Source of the DNA: Nitrospirota bacterium
GTDB taxonomy: Bacteria; Nitrospirota; Leptospirillia; Leptospirillales; Leptospirillaceae
Direction: 5' to 3'
DNA length: 64,000 nt
Assembly: GCA_021816465.1 (NCBI GenBank)
Contig: JAKAYF010000001.1
Span: 14,341-78,340, forward strand
Below are positions 49,322 through 58,537 of this stretch, piece after piece. Below the pieces are notes generated by a model. It ran no database searches. It was not told the origin of the DNA and was given only the letters and a program-made list of their open reading frames with translations. The position numbers were made by a program, and so were the translations under genes. Numbering within the stretch: the first letter of the stretch is position 1; each line of letters opens with the position of its first letter.

Positions 49322-50133
49322 CGGCAGACCAGGCATTTCCCGACCTTCCGGAGGGATCCCTTCTGGCAAGGGTCCTCGTTGACGGGAAAGTGCAGTATGC
49401 GGAAGCCCTTTCCTGGGGAGATCTTTTCAGGCTGCCTTCGGGGGAAGTCCGGATCAAGGGTGATGTAAAGCTTCTTCCTCCTGCGGTTCCCACGAAAATC
49501 GTGGCGGTTGGTCTCAATGACAGGAACCATGCCCTCGAGATGGGGAAGCCGATTCCGTCCGAGCCGCTGATTTTCATGAAGGCGACGTCGGCTCTTCTTG
49601 CGAACGGAGACGCGATCCTCCACCCTTCGATGTCGACGAGAGTGGATTTCGAAGGAGAGATCGCGCTCGTCATTGGCAAGAAATCCCGTGGGCTCTCCGT
49701 CGAGCGTGCTCTGGATTCTCTCCTGGGCATAACCGTCGCCAACGATGTTACGGCAAGAGACCTTCAGAGGCGCGATGTCCAGTATGCCCGGGCCAAGAGC
49801 TTCGATACCTTCTGTCCCCTTGGTCCATGGATCCTGGTCGGAGGCCGTCCCGACAACCGACGGATCCTGACCAGGGTCAACGGTTCGGTCCGCCAGGATG
49901 GCCGGGCTTCAGGGATGATTTTCTCTCCCGCCGAAATCCTGTCCTTCATCAGCCATGTAATGACCCTCTATCCGGGCGATGTCATCCTGACCGGAACTCC
50001 TTCCGGAGTGGGTCCCCTTTCTGTGGGAGACGTTGTTTCCATCACGGTCGAAGGTGTCGGCACACTCGAAAATCATGTCGCGAGAGATTCCTCTCCTGCC
50101 TGGGAAGGTCTTCCTTCTCTTGCAGAACGATAG
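49318..50133 (+). CDS. Fumarylacetoacetate hydrolase family protein
   Basis: DFEGEIA, NDVTARDLQ, AKSFDTFCPLGP, GDVILTGTP. Confidence 0.92.
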   Translation: MTADQAFPDLPEGSLLARVLVDGKVQYAEALSWGDLFRLPSGEVRIKGDVKLLPPAVPTKIVAVGLNDRNHALEMGKPIPSEPLIFMKATSALLANGDAILHPSMSTRVDFEGEIALVIGKKSRGLSVERALDSLLGITVANDVTARDLQRRDVQYARAKSFDTFCPLGPWILVGGRPDNRRILTRVNGSVRQDGRASGMIFSPAEILSFISHVMTLYPGDVILTGTPSGVGPLSVGDVVSITVEGVGTLENHVARDSSPAWEGLPSLAER

Positions 50134-51886
50134 CGGGTACTTCGACCCAGACCGGGATTTCGCCGGTTTCGGAATTCTGGAAAATGCGTTTTCAGACCTG
50201 CTCGTCCGTCTTTATGGCAAAGGCTCCCACGAAGACAACACCCTCTTTTCCCTTCTGGCGGGAACACTTCTTCTGGAAAGTCGAAAAGGCAACGTGGTCT
50301 GCCACCTTGATGAACTGGCGGGGCAACCTGTTCCGCCCGGAGCGCGAGAGGCGCCGGAGTCCTATCCGGAGCCTTCCCTTTTTGTTTCGGTCTGTTCCCG
50401 CCTTGATGCGGGAAGGGAACCCTTTCCAATCGTCTTCGACCGTGATGGCAAGCGTTGCTGGCTTCAGCGATACCGTGAAGTGGAGGAGCGGATTGCCGGA
50501 GCCCTGGTTGACCGCTCTGCTTTTGTGGGTTTCCCCGATGGCGATGTCGGACATGTGGCGATCCTGGGGGAGGTTTTCGGGGATCCCTCTCCGGAAAACA
50601 TCCTTCGCCGTTCTGCAGAGATTGTTCTTGGCCACAAACTTCTGATCCTGTCTGGAGGACCGGGTACGGGAAAGACCACAGCCCTTTCCCGGATCCTCTC
50701 CACCTGTCCTTCCCTGCTCTCCATCAAGCCTGAGAGGATTGTCCTTGCCGCACCGACAGGCAAGGCTTCTGCCCGCCTTGGAGAGTCGATTGCCCGTCTG
50801 GTCGAGGATCTTCCCGATCCGGAAAAAAGAGCCTATCTCGCAAGGATCCCTCCACCGATGACACTGCACCGGCTGATTTCCAGGGTAAAAAAGGATGAGG
50901 ATCAGAATCCGCTCCCGCTTCCCCTTGATCTCCTTGTGGTAGACGAGATGTCGATGGTGGATCTCTCTCTCTTCGACAGGCTCCTTCAGGTTTTTCCGAA
51001 GGAGGCGATCCTGATCCTGTCAGGGGATCCCGATCAGCTCTCCTCCGTTGCTCCCGGAGCGGTTTTTGGAGAAATACTCAAGGGGCTTGATGAATCTCCG
51101 GGAAGATCCGGCACCGGAATCTCCGGATCGATTGCGATCCTGAAAAAAAGCCACAGGTTTGACGGCGAATCCGGTGTCGGACGTCTCGCACGGTGGATCA
51201 GGGAGGGAGGCAAGTCCTCCCTTGATCCGGCTTTCCTCCCGGGAGTCTCGTTCCGACAGGGCGAGAACCTTTCCGACTTCTACCGGGAAGTGAGCCAGGA
51301 CTTTTCCCCGTATTTGAACGCAACAGACCTGTCCGGGGCGTTTTTGGCCCTTGCCGGCGTCGGAGTTCTCTCTCCTCTCAGAAATGGCCCGCGCGGGGTG
51401 GTTGAGGTCTCGAAAAATCTTGAAAGAATCCTCTTTCCGGGAACATTTTCCCATCGATTTCCCGAGCGCTTGCGCCGGGGACATCCGGTCGTTGTCCTGA
51501 AAAACAGTACCGAGCTTGATCTTTCGAACGGAGATGTGGGGATTGTCCCCTTTTCGCATTGGGGAGATCCTGGAAGGGTTTACTTTGCCAGGGGGGGAGA
51601 GGTGGATCAAGGCGTTCCGCTTGAGCTCCTCCCGCCTTCGGAAAGCGCATTGGCCCTAACGGTCCATAAAAGCCAGGGATCGGAGTTTTCCCGGGTCCAC
51701 CTTCTTCTTCCCGCCGGCTTTCATCCTTTCCTGACCCGGGAGCTTTTATATACCGCAGTGACCAGAGCCCGGGAATCCCTTGTCGTGTGGGGAGACTTTC
51801 CCGTTTTCAGGGAAGGTGTCCGAAACCGTTCGATTCGCCATTCTGCCCTGGGGGACTTTTTGTGGTCTCCCTCGTCAATCCTCTGA
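50120..51886 (+). CDS. recD: RecD-like SF1B helicase (exonuclease V alpha subunit type)
   Basis: GGPGTGKTT, APTGKAS, TLHRL, DEMSMVD, GDPDQL, TVHKSQGSEF, LYTAVTRA; start uncertain (50075 or 50120). Confidence 0.85.
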   Translation: MQNDSGYFDPDRDFAGFGILENAFSDLLVRLYGKGSHEDNTLFSLLAGTLLLESRKGNVVCHLDELAGQPVPPGAREAPESYPEPSLFVSVCSRLDAGREPFPIVFDRDGKRCWLQRYREVEERIAGALVDRSAFVGFPDGDVGHVAILGEVFGDPSPENILRRSAEIVLGHKLLILSGGPGTGKTTALSRILSTCPSLLSIKPERIVLAAPTGKASARLGESIARLVEDLPDPEKRAYLARIPPPMTLHRLISRVKKDEDQNPLPLPLDLLVVDEMSMVDLSLFDRLLQVFPKEAILILSGDPDQLSSVAPGAVFGEILKGLDESPGRSGTGISGSIAILKKSHRFDGESGVGRLARWIREGGKSSLDPAFLPGVSFRQGENLSDFYREVSQDFSPYLNATDLSGAFLALAGVGVLSPLRNGPRGVVEVSKNLERILFPGTFSHRFPERLRRGHPVVVLKNSTELDLSNGDVGIVPFSHWGDPGRVYFARGGEVDQGVPLELLPPSESALALTVHKSQGSEFSRVHLLLPAGFHPFLTRELLYTAVTRARESLVVWGDFPVFREGVRNRSIRHSALGDFLWSPSSIL

Positions 51887-51995
51887 CATCTCCCTTTTAA
51901 GCCCTCCCCCTCTGAAATCTTCTTTTCCCGGGCTGACGCTTCCTTTTTGCCAATGAGCCGAAAGCTTGCCGCACTTCTTGTCAAAAAGGTGACAA
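51874..51995. promoter_or_regulatory. Two GTCA-N6-TGAC palindromes, candidate enhancer-binding-protein sites
   Basis: GTCAatcctcTGAC at 51874-51887; TTGTCAaaaaggTGACAA at 51978-51995. Confidence 0.5.
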
Positions 51996-52121
51996 AGGGA
52001 TCCCCCGGAGCGGTAGGCAAATTTTTCCGCACCTCCCTCCGCTGAGGAAAAGGTATTCGGATTTCCTTGGCTGTCGGCTCTTTTCCCCATGTGTCCCGGG
52101 ACCTGCCCCTGAAATTCTTTC

Positions 52122-52137
52122 TGGCACATCTATTGCG
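52122..52137 (+). promoter_or_regulatory. Sigma54 (-24/-12) promoter of the flgF operon
   Basis: TGGCAC-atcta-TTGC, matching the consensus, 42 nt before flgF. Confidence 0.82.
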
Positions 52138-52179
52138 TGTATTCGACTGGAATGATTTTAGACTCTTGAGGAGGTCAGA

Positions 52180-52980
52180 ATGAGGCAGGGAGAATTTGCA
52201 CTTGTGTCCGGGGCGCAGGGACAGGAACAGTTGATGGAGGTTCTCACCAACAACCTGGCAAATCTGGACACCCCGGGGTTCAAGAAAGACCGGGTCACAT
52301 TCAAGACATATATGCCGCACAAAGAGCTTCTGGTCAAAAAACCGGAGACCCAGCCCGGAAACATCACTCCCTGGGGAGAGTTTCCCGATCCTTGGGGAAT
52401 GGCCGGACAGGATGTTCCGCATTCCGGGGTCGACCAGATCCATGTTCGTTATAGCCAGGGAATAATCCGCCAGACCGGCAATCCTCTCGACATGGCGATT
52501 AATGGGGACGGATTTTTTCGGGTTTCAACCCCGAAAGGGCTTTTTCTGACCAGAAATGGACGCTTCACGATGGACCAGACCGGTGCTCTCGTCACGCATG
52601 AGGGCTACAAGGTTCTCGACCAGAACGGCCAACCGGTCATGATTCCCGTCGGGGGCAAGGACATGACGATCCGGGTTCGGGCGGATGGATCCCTCTACAA
52701 GGGCAATCAGCTTGTGGCGAAGCTCGGGGTCTATATGCCGAAAGACGGGGTCCAGTCGCTCTCGAAAATCGGTGAGGGGCTGTTTGAGTCCGGGAAGATC
52801 GATCCGGTCGCCAAGCCCCGGGTCATGGATGGCGGATATGAGAGCTCGAATGTGAACGGAACAGCCGAAATGGTCCGGATGATCCAGGCGATGCGGGCAT
52901 TCCAGACCCATGTCCAGGTGATGAAAGCCATGAATGAGCTGACGAACCGGACCGTAAACGATATTTCCATCATTGCATGA
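52180..52980 (+). CDS. flgF: Flagellar proximal rod protein FlgF
   Basis: NNLANLDTPGFK, TGNPLDMAI, TRNG, ESSNVN; precedes flgG. Confidence 0.88.
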   Translation: MRQGEFALVSGAQGQEQLMEVLTNNLANLDTPGFKKDRVTFKTYMPHKELLVKKPETQPGNITPWGEFPDPWGMAGQDVPHSGVDQIHVRYSQGIIRQTGNPLDMAINGDGFFRVSTPKGLFLTRNGRFTMDQTGALVTHEGYKVLDQNGQPVMIPVGGKDMTIRVRADGSLYKGNQLVAKLGVYMPKDGVQSLSKIGEGLFESGKIDPVAKPRVMDGGYESSNVNGTAEMVRMIQAMRAFQTHVQVMKAMNELTNRTVNDISIIA

Positions 52981-53051
52981 GCGAGTCTCAACTGATGGCC
53001 ACCGCGACTTTCATTCTTTGAAAGTCAGCTATCCCGGAAGGAGTCTTTTCC

Positions 53052-53837
53052 ATGTTCAGCGCCCTTTGGAACGCAGCATCCGGTATGGAAGCACAGCAAA
53101 CCAACCTGGATGTGATCACCAACAACATGGCCAACGTCAACACCACCGCATACAAGCGCCAGCGGGCCAATTTCCAGGATCTGATGTACCAGACGATGGT
53201 TCCTCCGGGCGAGTCACAGAGTCTCCTCGGCAATCAGAGCCCGACAGGTCTCCAGGTGGGTCTGGGCGTCCGTGCCGGTTCGGTCCAGAAGATCTTTCTC
53301 CAGGGGTCGTTTCGTCAGACCGGATCTCCTCTTGATGTGGCGATCCAGGGAAACGGCTTTTTGCAGGTGCGGCTTCCCGACGGAAGAGTTGCCTATACGC
53401 GGGACGGAACCCTGAATATCGATGGGAAGGGTCGTCTCGTCAATTCCGATGGACAGCTTGTGGACCCTCCGGTCAGCGTTCCGCCAAATGCCAAGACGGT
53501 GACGATCTCCGGCGATGGTGAAATTTCCGTCAATCTTCCCGGTCAGGTCAAGCCGACGAGGATCGGTCAGCTGGTTCTCGCGCAGTTTATTAATCCCGCC
53601 GGTCTTGAGTCGAGGGGAAACAATCTTTACATGGAAACGCAGGCGTCGGGGTCCCCCCAGCTTTCGAATCCCGGGGTCAACGGCGCGGGCCATCTTTTGC
53701 CGGGCTTTCTCGAAGCTTCGAACGTCAATGTGGCGGAGGAGCTTGTGAATATGGTGATCGGGCAAAGAGCCTACCAGATGGATGCCACCGGCATCCGTAC
53801 GGTGAACCAGATGCTTGGGTATACGGCATCGCTGTGA
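53052..53837 (+). CDS. flgG: Flagellar distal rod protein FlgG
   Basis: NNMANVNT, FQDLMYQ, GLQVGLG, LEASNVNVAEELVNM...QRAY. Confidence 0.96.
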   Translation: MFSALWNAASGMEAQQTNLDVITNNMANVNTTAYKRQRANFQDLMYQTMVPPGESQSLLGNQSPTGLQVGLGVRAGSVQKIFLQGSFRQTGSPLDVAIQGNGFLQVRLPDGRVAYTRDGTLNIDGKGRLVNSDGQLVDPPVSVPPNAKTVTISGDGEISVNLPGQVKPTRIGQLVLAQFINPAGLESRGNNLYMETQASGSPQLSNPGVNGAGHLLPGFLEASNVNVAEELVNMVIGQRAYQMDATGIRTVNQMLGYTASL

Positions 53838-53854
53838 CCGGGAGGATCGGTTCG

Positions 53855-54514
53855 ATGAGATACAGGAACGGTTTTTCAGGATTCTTTTATGCGGGGTTCC
53901 TGACATTCTTTTTTTCCGGACTGGCTTATGGGCAGGACTCCCTGATCACCCAGTCCTCTCCGGGACTGTTTTCGATCAATCAGGATGTATTGGCCCAAAT
54001 GGCCAGGGATGCCTTGCATCTTCCATTCGGGCGGCGGATGGTTCTTCGAAATCCTCCCAGAAACTTCCAGGACTATGGCGATCCGCCGACCGGAGGCCGT
54101 GTCACGGTCGAGTCGATGGATTCCTCGAGCGGTGTCATCCATATGGCGGTAGAGATCCAGAACGGGGCAATTGTTTCCGAAGTTCTTTATTTTGACGCCA
54201 TGATTCCCAAAAGGTCGGTGGCAAGGGAAGCCCTTTCTCCCGGAGGCGGCGAGATCGAAGAAACGCTTGTGCGCTCGGGAGATGAGGTCCGTATCCAGGC
54301 GAAAGGACCGGGATTTGAAATCTCTCTTCCGGGGATCGCCCAGAACGATGGGGGATTGGGTGATCTGGTCACAGTGGTCAACTCCCGCTCGGGAGCCCGT
54401 CTCAGGGGGAAGGTCTCCGGAGCGGACCGGATTGTGGTGGAGATGGCAGACCTGTCCGAGAAGTCCCCGGCCGGAGGGTCCGATGCGGGAAGCGAAGGGG
54501 CCGCGGGACGATGA
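53855..54514 (+). CDS. flgA: P-ring assembly chaperone FlgA (divergent)
   Basis: LVRSGDEV...G.A.NDGGLGD.V.V.N.RSG; position after flgG. Confidence 0.75.
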   Translation: MRYRNGFSGFFYAGFLTFFFSGLAYGQDSLITQSSPGLFSINQDVLAQMARDALHLPFGRRMVLRNPPRNFQDYGDPPTGGRVTVESMDSSSGVIHMAVEIQNGAIVSEVLYFDAMIPKRSVAREALSPGGGEIEETLVRSGDEVRIQAKGPGFEISLPGIAQNDGGLGDLVTVVNSRSGARLRGKVSGADRIVVEMADLSEKSPAGGSDAGSEGAAGR

Positions 54515-55188
54515 AGGCCGCTCATTCGTCGGCACAGGCGATTTTATCTGTGCCGTCAGCGTTTAAGATTTCTTCTTCTCTTTTGAGGGGGGGAATTTTT
54601 TTCCTCCTGGGGGTCTCCTTCCTCCTGGGGGAAGGCTGCACTCCGGTGACAAAGACGACCCGACCGGTTCTGGTCGATGCTGCCCCGCATCCGATGTCGC
54701 CCGTTGTCGAACGGGAGTTTTTTGATGGCCAGATCCCGAATGAAGATGGTTTTATGGATCTGGCCAGCGATCACCACGCTCTCCTGGCAGGAGATTTGCT
54801 TCTGGTCAGTATCCCGCCGAAGAACCGTCTTCCGGGACTGGACCAGAACAAGGTCACGACTTTGTCGGGATTTGTTGTCAGGACACTTCCGGGAGGAAGG
54901 CTTTTCATCATGGTGAGACAGACGATCAGGGAAAAAAGTCAGGTTCTCCGGTATGTCATTACCGGCTGGGTCAACGAGACGGATCTGGGACCGGGAAATA
55001 CGGTTTCGATGGGCCAGATCTCCGATTTGAAATACCGTCTCGATACCCCGTCGCCGATCAAGGAAAGTTCGTTCGAGAAGCCCCAGGCGGCCAAGAGGCC
55101 TCTTCCCGGAGCGGCCCCGGCTTCTCCGACCAAGGCTGTCAAGAAAACCACCGCTCCTGAAGCAGGTGCCGGAGGTGGAGCGAAATGA
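54511..55188 (+). CDS. flgH: L-ring protein FlgH-like (divergent, reduced)
   Basis: Lipoprotein Cys; DHHA...GDLLLV, VVRTLPGG.L, ITGWV...D....NTV....I; lies between flgA and flgI. Confidence 0.65.
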   Translation: MKAAHSSAQAILSVPSAFKISSSLLRGGIFFLLGVSFLLGEGCTPVTKTTRPVLVDAAPHPMSPVVEREFFDGQIPNEDGFMDLASDHHALLAGDLLLVSIPPKNRLPGLDQNKVTTLSGFVVRTLPGGRLFIMVRQTIREKSQVLRYVITGWVNETDLGPGNTVSMGQISDLKYRLDTPSPIKESSFEKPQAAKRPLPGAAPASPTKAVKKTTAPEAGAGGGAK

Positions 55189-56279
55189 AGGATACCCGCA
55201 AGTTTCTCTCCTGGTTCATCGGGTTTCTGGGGATCGGAGCCGCTTTCTTTCCACTTCTCTCCCCGGAGGTGGCTCATGGCCTGAGGATCGAGGATATTGC
55301 CCATGTTGAAGGGGTGACAGACAATCCGCTCGTCGGGTACGGACTTGTCGTGGGACTTCCCGGAACGGGAGACACGAAGCTTTCTCCGTTTACCCGCCAG
55401 TCCCTGGTCTCAGCTCTTTCGAGACTTGGGGTCAACATGAAGGAGCTTCAGTCCGGCATTCACGGACACAATGTCGCAGCGGTTCTTCTGACGGCAAAAC
55501 TTCCTCCGTTTACCCGTCTTGGCGGTCGTTTTACCGTCCGGGTCTCTTCGATCGGCGATGCCACGGACCTGCGGGGCGGGACATTGCTGATGGCGGCACT
55601 GAAGGGCCCGGACGGAAAGATCTATGCGACCGCCCAGGGGGTGATCGAGACTGCTCCCGACAAGGTGAAAAAAACGGCATCGGCAGCAGCGGCTCCCGCC
55701 GGCGGCGCGAAAAAAGGGCCCAGCTTCCAGTCGACGGCAGGGCGTCTTTCAAATGGAGGTCTTGTGGTCCGCAATGTGCCGGTTGTCTATAACGGGCGAA
55801 AGCACCTCTGGATCAATCTCGACAAACCCAGTTTCCTGACGGCAAGCAGGGTGGTCAGGGGAATCAACTCCGACTTTGCGGGGGCCGTTGCCACGGCGGA
55901 GGATGCTGGCACGGTCGATGTCAGGGTTCCGGATGGGGAAGAGGGAAATGTCGTGGCGTTCATGGCCAGGATTCTCTCGATCGAAGTCACTCCGGATACG
56001 AGGCCTCTGATCGTGATCAACCAGGAAACGGGAACGATCGTGATAGGACGGGGGGTCCGGGTTTTTCCCTGTGCGGTCTCCCAGAAAAGCCTGTCGGTGA
56101 AGGTTGGAGGAAAATCGTCCGGATCAACCGGGTTCTCCCGGGTGAGAAGCTCCGTGACGCTCAGGAGCCTTGTCCGGGCATTGAACCAGCTTGGTACCGG
56201 GACGAGGGACATGATCGCGATTCTGCTTGCGTTAAAGGAGGCCGGAGCCATGGATGCAACGATTCGGGTGATTGGATGA
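55185..56279 (+). CDS. flgI: P-ring protein FlgI
   Basis: RIEDIA, N.LVGYGLVVGLPGTGD, SSIGDA..L.GG.L, LVRALN.LG. Confidence 0.93.
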   Translation: MKDTRKFLSWFIGFLGIGAAFFPLLSPEVAHGLRIEDIAHVEGVTDNPLVGYGLVVGLPGTGDTKLSPFTRQSLVSALSRLGVNMKELQSGIHGHNVAAVLLTAKLPPFTRLGGRFTVRVSSIGDATDLRGGTLLMAALKGPDGKIYATAQGVIETAPDKVKKTASAAAAPAGGAKKGPSFQSTAGRLSNGGLVVRNVPVVYNGRKHLWINLDKPSFLTASRVVRGINSDFAGAVATAEDAGTVDVRVPDGEEGNVVAFMARILSIEVTPDTRPLIVINQETGTIVIGRGVRVFPCAVSQKSLSVKVGGKSSGSTGFSRVRSSVTLRSLVRALNQLGTGTRDMIAILLALKEAGAMDATIRVIG

Positions 56280-56665
56280 ACCCCCTGGGAAGCATAGGGG
56301 AGAAAAAGTCCGGACCAGTCCGGGAGAAGATGGATCCGGCCCGTGAAAAGGCTCTTCGTCAGGCGGCGACACGTTTTGAGTCTATCGTGATCGGAATGAT
56401 GGTGAAGGAGATGTGGAAGACCGTCCCCCGGGAAGGGTTCCCGGACAGGGCTCCCGGGATGGGGATTGCCGAAGAGATGTATCAGCGGGAGCTTTCCAGG
56501 GATATTGCCAGGTCGGGAGGTCTCGGGGTTGCCAGGGAGATCATTTCGAATATGTCCGGATTGGCCGGAACGGGAAAGGCGATCGACGAAATGTCGGGAC
56601 AGGATGAATCCCCTGTGCCGGTGGATGCGGGAAAAATCGGGGATTCATTCAACATAGTGGCTTAG
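56276..56665 (+). CDS. flgJ: FlgJ, rod-binding domain only
   Basis: LRQAATRFES...M.KEM.KT, GGLGVA. Confidence 0.8.
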   Translation: MNPLGSIGEKKSGPVREKMDPAREKALRQAATRFESIVIGMMVKEMWKTVPREGFPDRAPGMGIAEEMYQRELSRDIARSGGLGVAREIISNMSGLAGTGKAIDEMSGQDESPVPVDAGKIGDSFNIVA

Positions 56666-56690
56666 AACTCACGAACAGGGAGGTTGACGC

Positions 56691-57551
56691 ATGAGCGGCA
56701 TGGTTATCAATACCAATACGGCAAGTCTTGGGGCGCAGTTCAATCTGAATCAGACACAGGACCGTCTCAACAGTTCCATCAACCGCCTGTCCAGCGGATA
56801 CAGGGTCAATACCCCGGCGGATGATCCTGCCGGCTATGCGATCGGGCAGGTCATGACAAGCTACATCAAATCGATCCAGCAGGCGGTCAGAAACGCCAAC
56901 GATGGAACCGGCCTGATCCAGACCGTCGGAGGAGCCCTGCTGACCGACAACGAAATCCTGATCAAGATGCGCTCACTGGCGATCCAGGCGGCAAACGGCA
57001 CCTATAGCCCGGACAACCTGTCGGTGATCCAGAACGAATATCAGCATCTGATGAGTGAAATCAACCGGGTGGCCATGGTGACCAACTTCAACGGCCGAAA
57101 GGTTCTTGACGGCTCGATGAGCAATGGCCTGATCTTTCAGATCGATGCCGGAACCGATGATACGAACAGGCTCCTGGTCAAGATCCCGTCCATCAGCACG
57201 GATGCAATGGGGATTTATCAGAACAGCACCCTGATCATGTCCCTTGGAGCGACCTCCCTCATGAGCTATTCCATGGCAATGTCCGCCATCTCGGCCATCG
57301 ATGGGGCGCTCTCGGAGCTGAACACCATTCAGGGAACGCTTGGCGCTTTTCAGGACCGGATGACCTGGACGATCAGGAACCTGAATACGGAGCTTGTGAA
57401 TGTTGCGGCTTCGAAGAGTCAGATCAAGGATGTGAATTTTGCGAAGGAAACCGCCCGATTTGTCCGTGACAGGATCCTTCAGCAGTCCGGAACGGCGGTT
57501 CTTTCCCAGGCAAACCAGATTCCCCAGGCGGCGCTGAAGCTTCTTCCATAG
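56691..57551 (+). CDS. fliC: Flagellin (copy 1)
   Basis: INTN, RLSSGYRVN..ADDPAG, LGAFQDR, IKDVNFAKE, QANQIPQ..LKLL. Confidence 0.93.
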   Translation: MSGMVINTNTASLGAQFNLNQTQDRLNSSINRLSSGYRVNTPADDPAGYAIGQVMTSYIKSIQQAVRNANDGTGLIQTVGGALLTDNEILIKMRSLAIQAANGTYSPDNLSVIQNEYQHLMSEINRVAMVTNFNGRKVLDGSMSNGLIFQIDAGTDDTNRLLVKIPSISTDAMGIYQNSTLIMSLGATSLMSYSMAMSAISAIDGALSELNTIQGTLGAFQDRMTWTIRNLNTELVNVAASKSQIKDVNFAKETARFVRDRILQQSGTAVLSQANQIPQAALKLLP

Positions 57552-57602
57552 CGTATCCAGGAAAGAGCTGGACTTGTGGTTGACCTCTTTGTCCGCCTCC
57601 TC

Positions 57603-57630
57603 TAAAGTTTTTGTTAAACCTGACCGAATA
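57603..57630 (+). promoter_or_regulatory. Sigma28-like promoter upstream of flgM
   Basis: TAAAGTTT...ACCGAATA. Confidence 0.55.
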
Positions 57631-57667
57631 GTCGTATGAGGTGGTTTATAAAAGGGAGGATTGCGAG

Positions 57668-58024
57668 ATGAGTGAGGATTGGGGTTCGGTCGGCAACAAG
57701 GGGCCTGCTCCGGGGGGACAGGAAGCTGTGCCCTTAAGGAAGAAGGCGGCATCCGAAGGAGTTGATCCGGCGCGGGAAGCTGCAGGTTCGAAGCCGGGAA
57801 TGTCGGCGTCCGGAGAAACGGACATGGTCGTGATTTCCGGTCCGGCGCGTCAGATTGCAAGGCTTCGCGAACAGATAGACCGCGAGCCTTCTGTCCGGAT
57901 GGAGAAGATCATCGAGCTCAAGACCCGGATCCATCGCGGAGAATACAATGTTCCCGCCCGGGATATATTGCGTAAAATGGTGGAACAGGCTCTCAACGAG
58001 GCCAAAAATCGCGGGAAGCGCTGA
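57668..58024 (+). CDS. flgM: Anti-sigma28 factor FlgM
   Basis: D.V.IS, VRMEKI.ELK.RI..GEY.V. Confidence 0.85.
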   Translation: MSEDWGSVGNKGPAPGGQEAVPLRKKAASEGVDPAREAAGSKPGMSASGETDMVVISGPARQIARLREQIDREPSVRMEKIIELKTRIHRGEYNVPARDILRKMVEQALNEAKNRGKR

Positions 58025-58086
58025 CGTTGGGGAATTCCTCCGGATTTTTGACCGGAGTCCGCAAAAGGCCAGGAAGGTGAGAAAAA

Positions 58087-58536
58087 ATGGACAGTCAGAT
58101 TCCCCTATCCGAACGTCTTTCCTTTCTCATCCGGCAGGTCCGGGTGGTTGCCGACTGTCTTGTCCGCGAACAGGAAGCGCTTCTCTCCTCCGATCTTTCC
58201 GGTCTTTCCGCCGTTGTCGAAAGCAAGGTGTCCCAGTCGGACCGCTTGTCGGAGATGCTTTCGGAGTGGGAGACGGCCTCTCCTCCCCATCTTCTGCGTC
58301 CGGAACTCCTGACAGGGGAAGAGCTCTCCTCCCTTCAGTCCTTTCGCCATGAAATCTCCCTGCTGTCCGAGCTTGCAACCGTCAATATGATCCTGGCCCA
58401 GGAATCGGGGCAGCTTGTTTCCTCCCTGGTTCGGACATTGACCTCCGATCCCGGACAGTTCCATACCTATAACCCCTCGGGTGGACTGGGGGGTGTCTCA
58501 TCCCCCGCCCCCACCCTTGTTTCGACGAGGACCTGA
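58087..58536 (+). CDS. flgN: Flagellar export chaperone FlgN
   Basis: Helical protein, EQEAL, N..L, TYNPSG; lies between flgM and flgK. Confidence 0.72.
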   Translation: MDSQIPLSERLSFLIRQVRVVADCLVREQEALLSSDLSGLSAVVESKVSQSDRLSEMLSEWETASPPHLLRPELLTGEELSSLQSFRHEISLLSELATVNMILAQESGQLVSSLVRTLTSDPGQFHTYNPSGGLGGVSSPAPTLVSTRT

Positions 58537-58537
58537 C

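Noticed and set aside
51930-52080. Possible c-di-GMP riboswitch before flgF (GGCAAA and GAAA elements)
   Set aside because: Lacks the GACGCAAA-type core and P2/P3 architecture, and lies upstream of the sigma54 promoter, so it would not be in the transcript.
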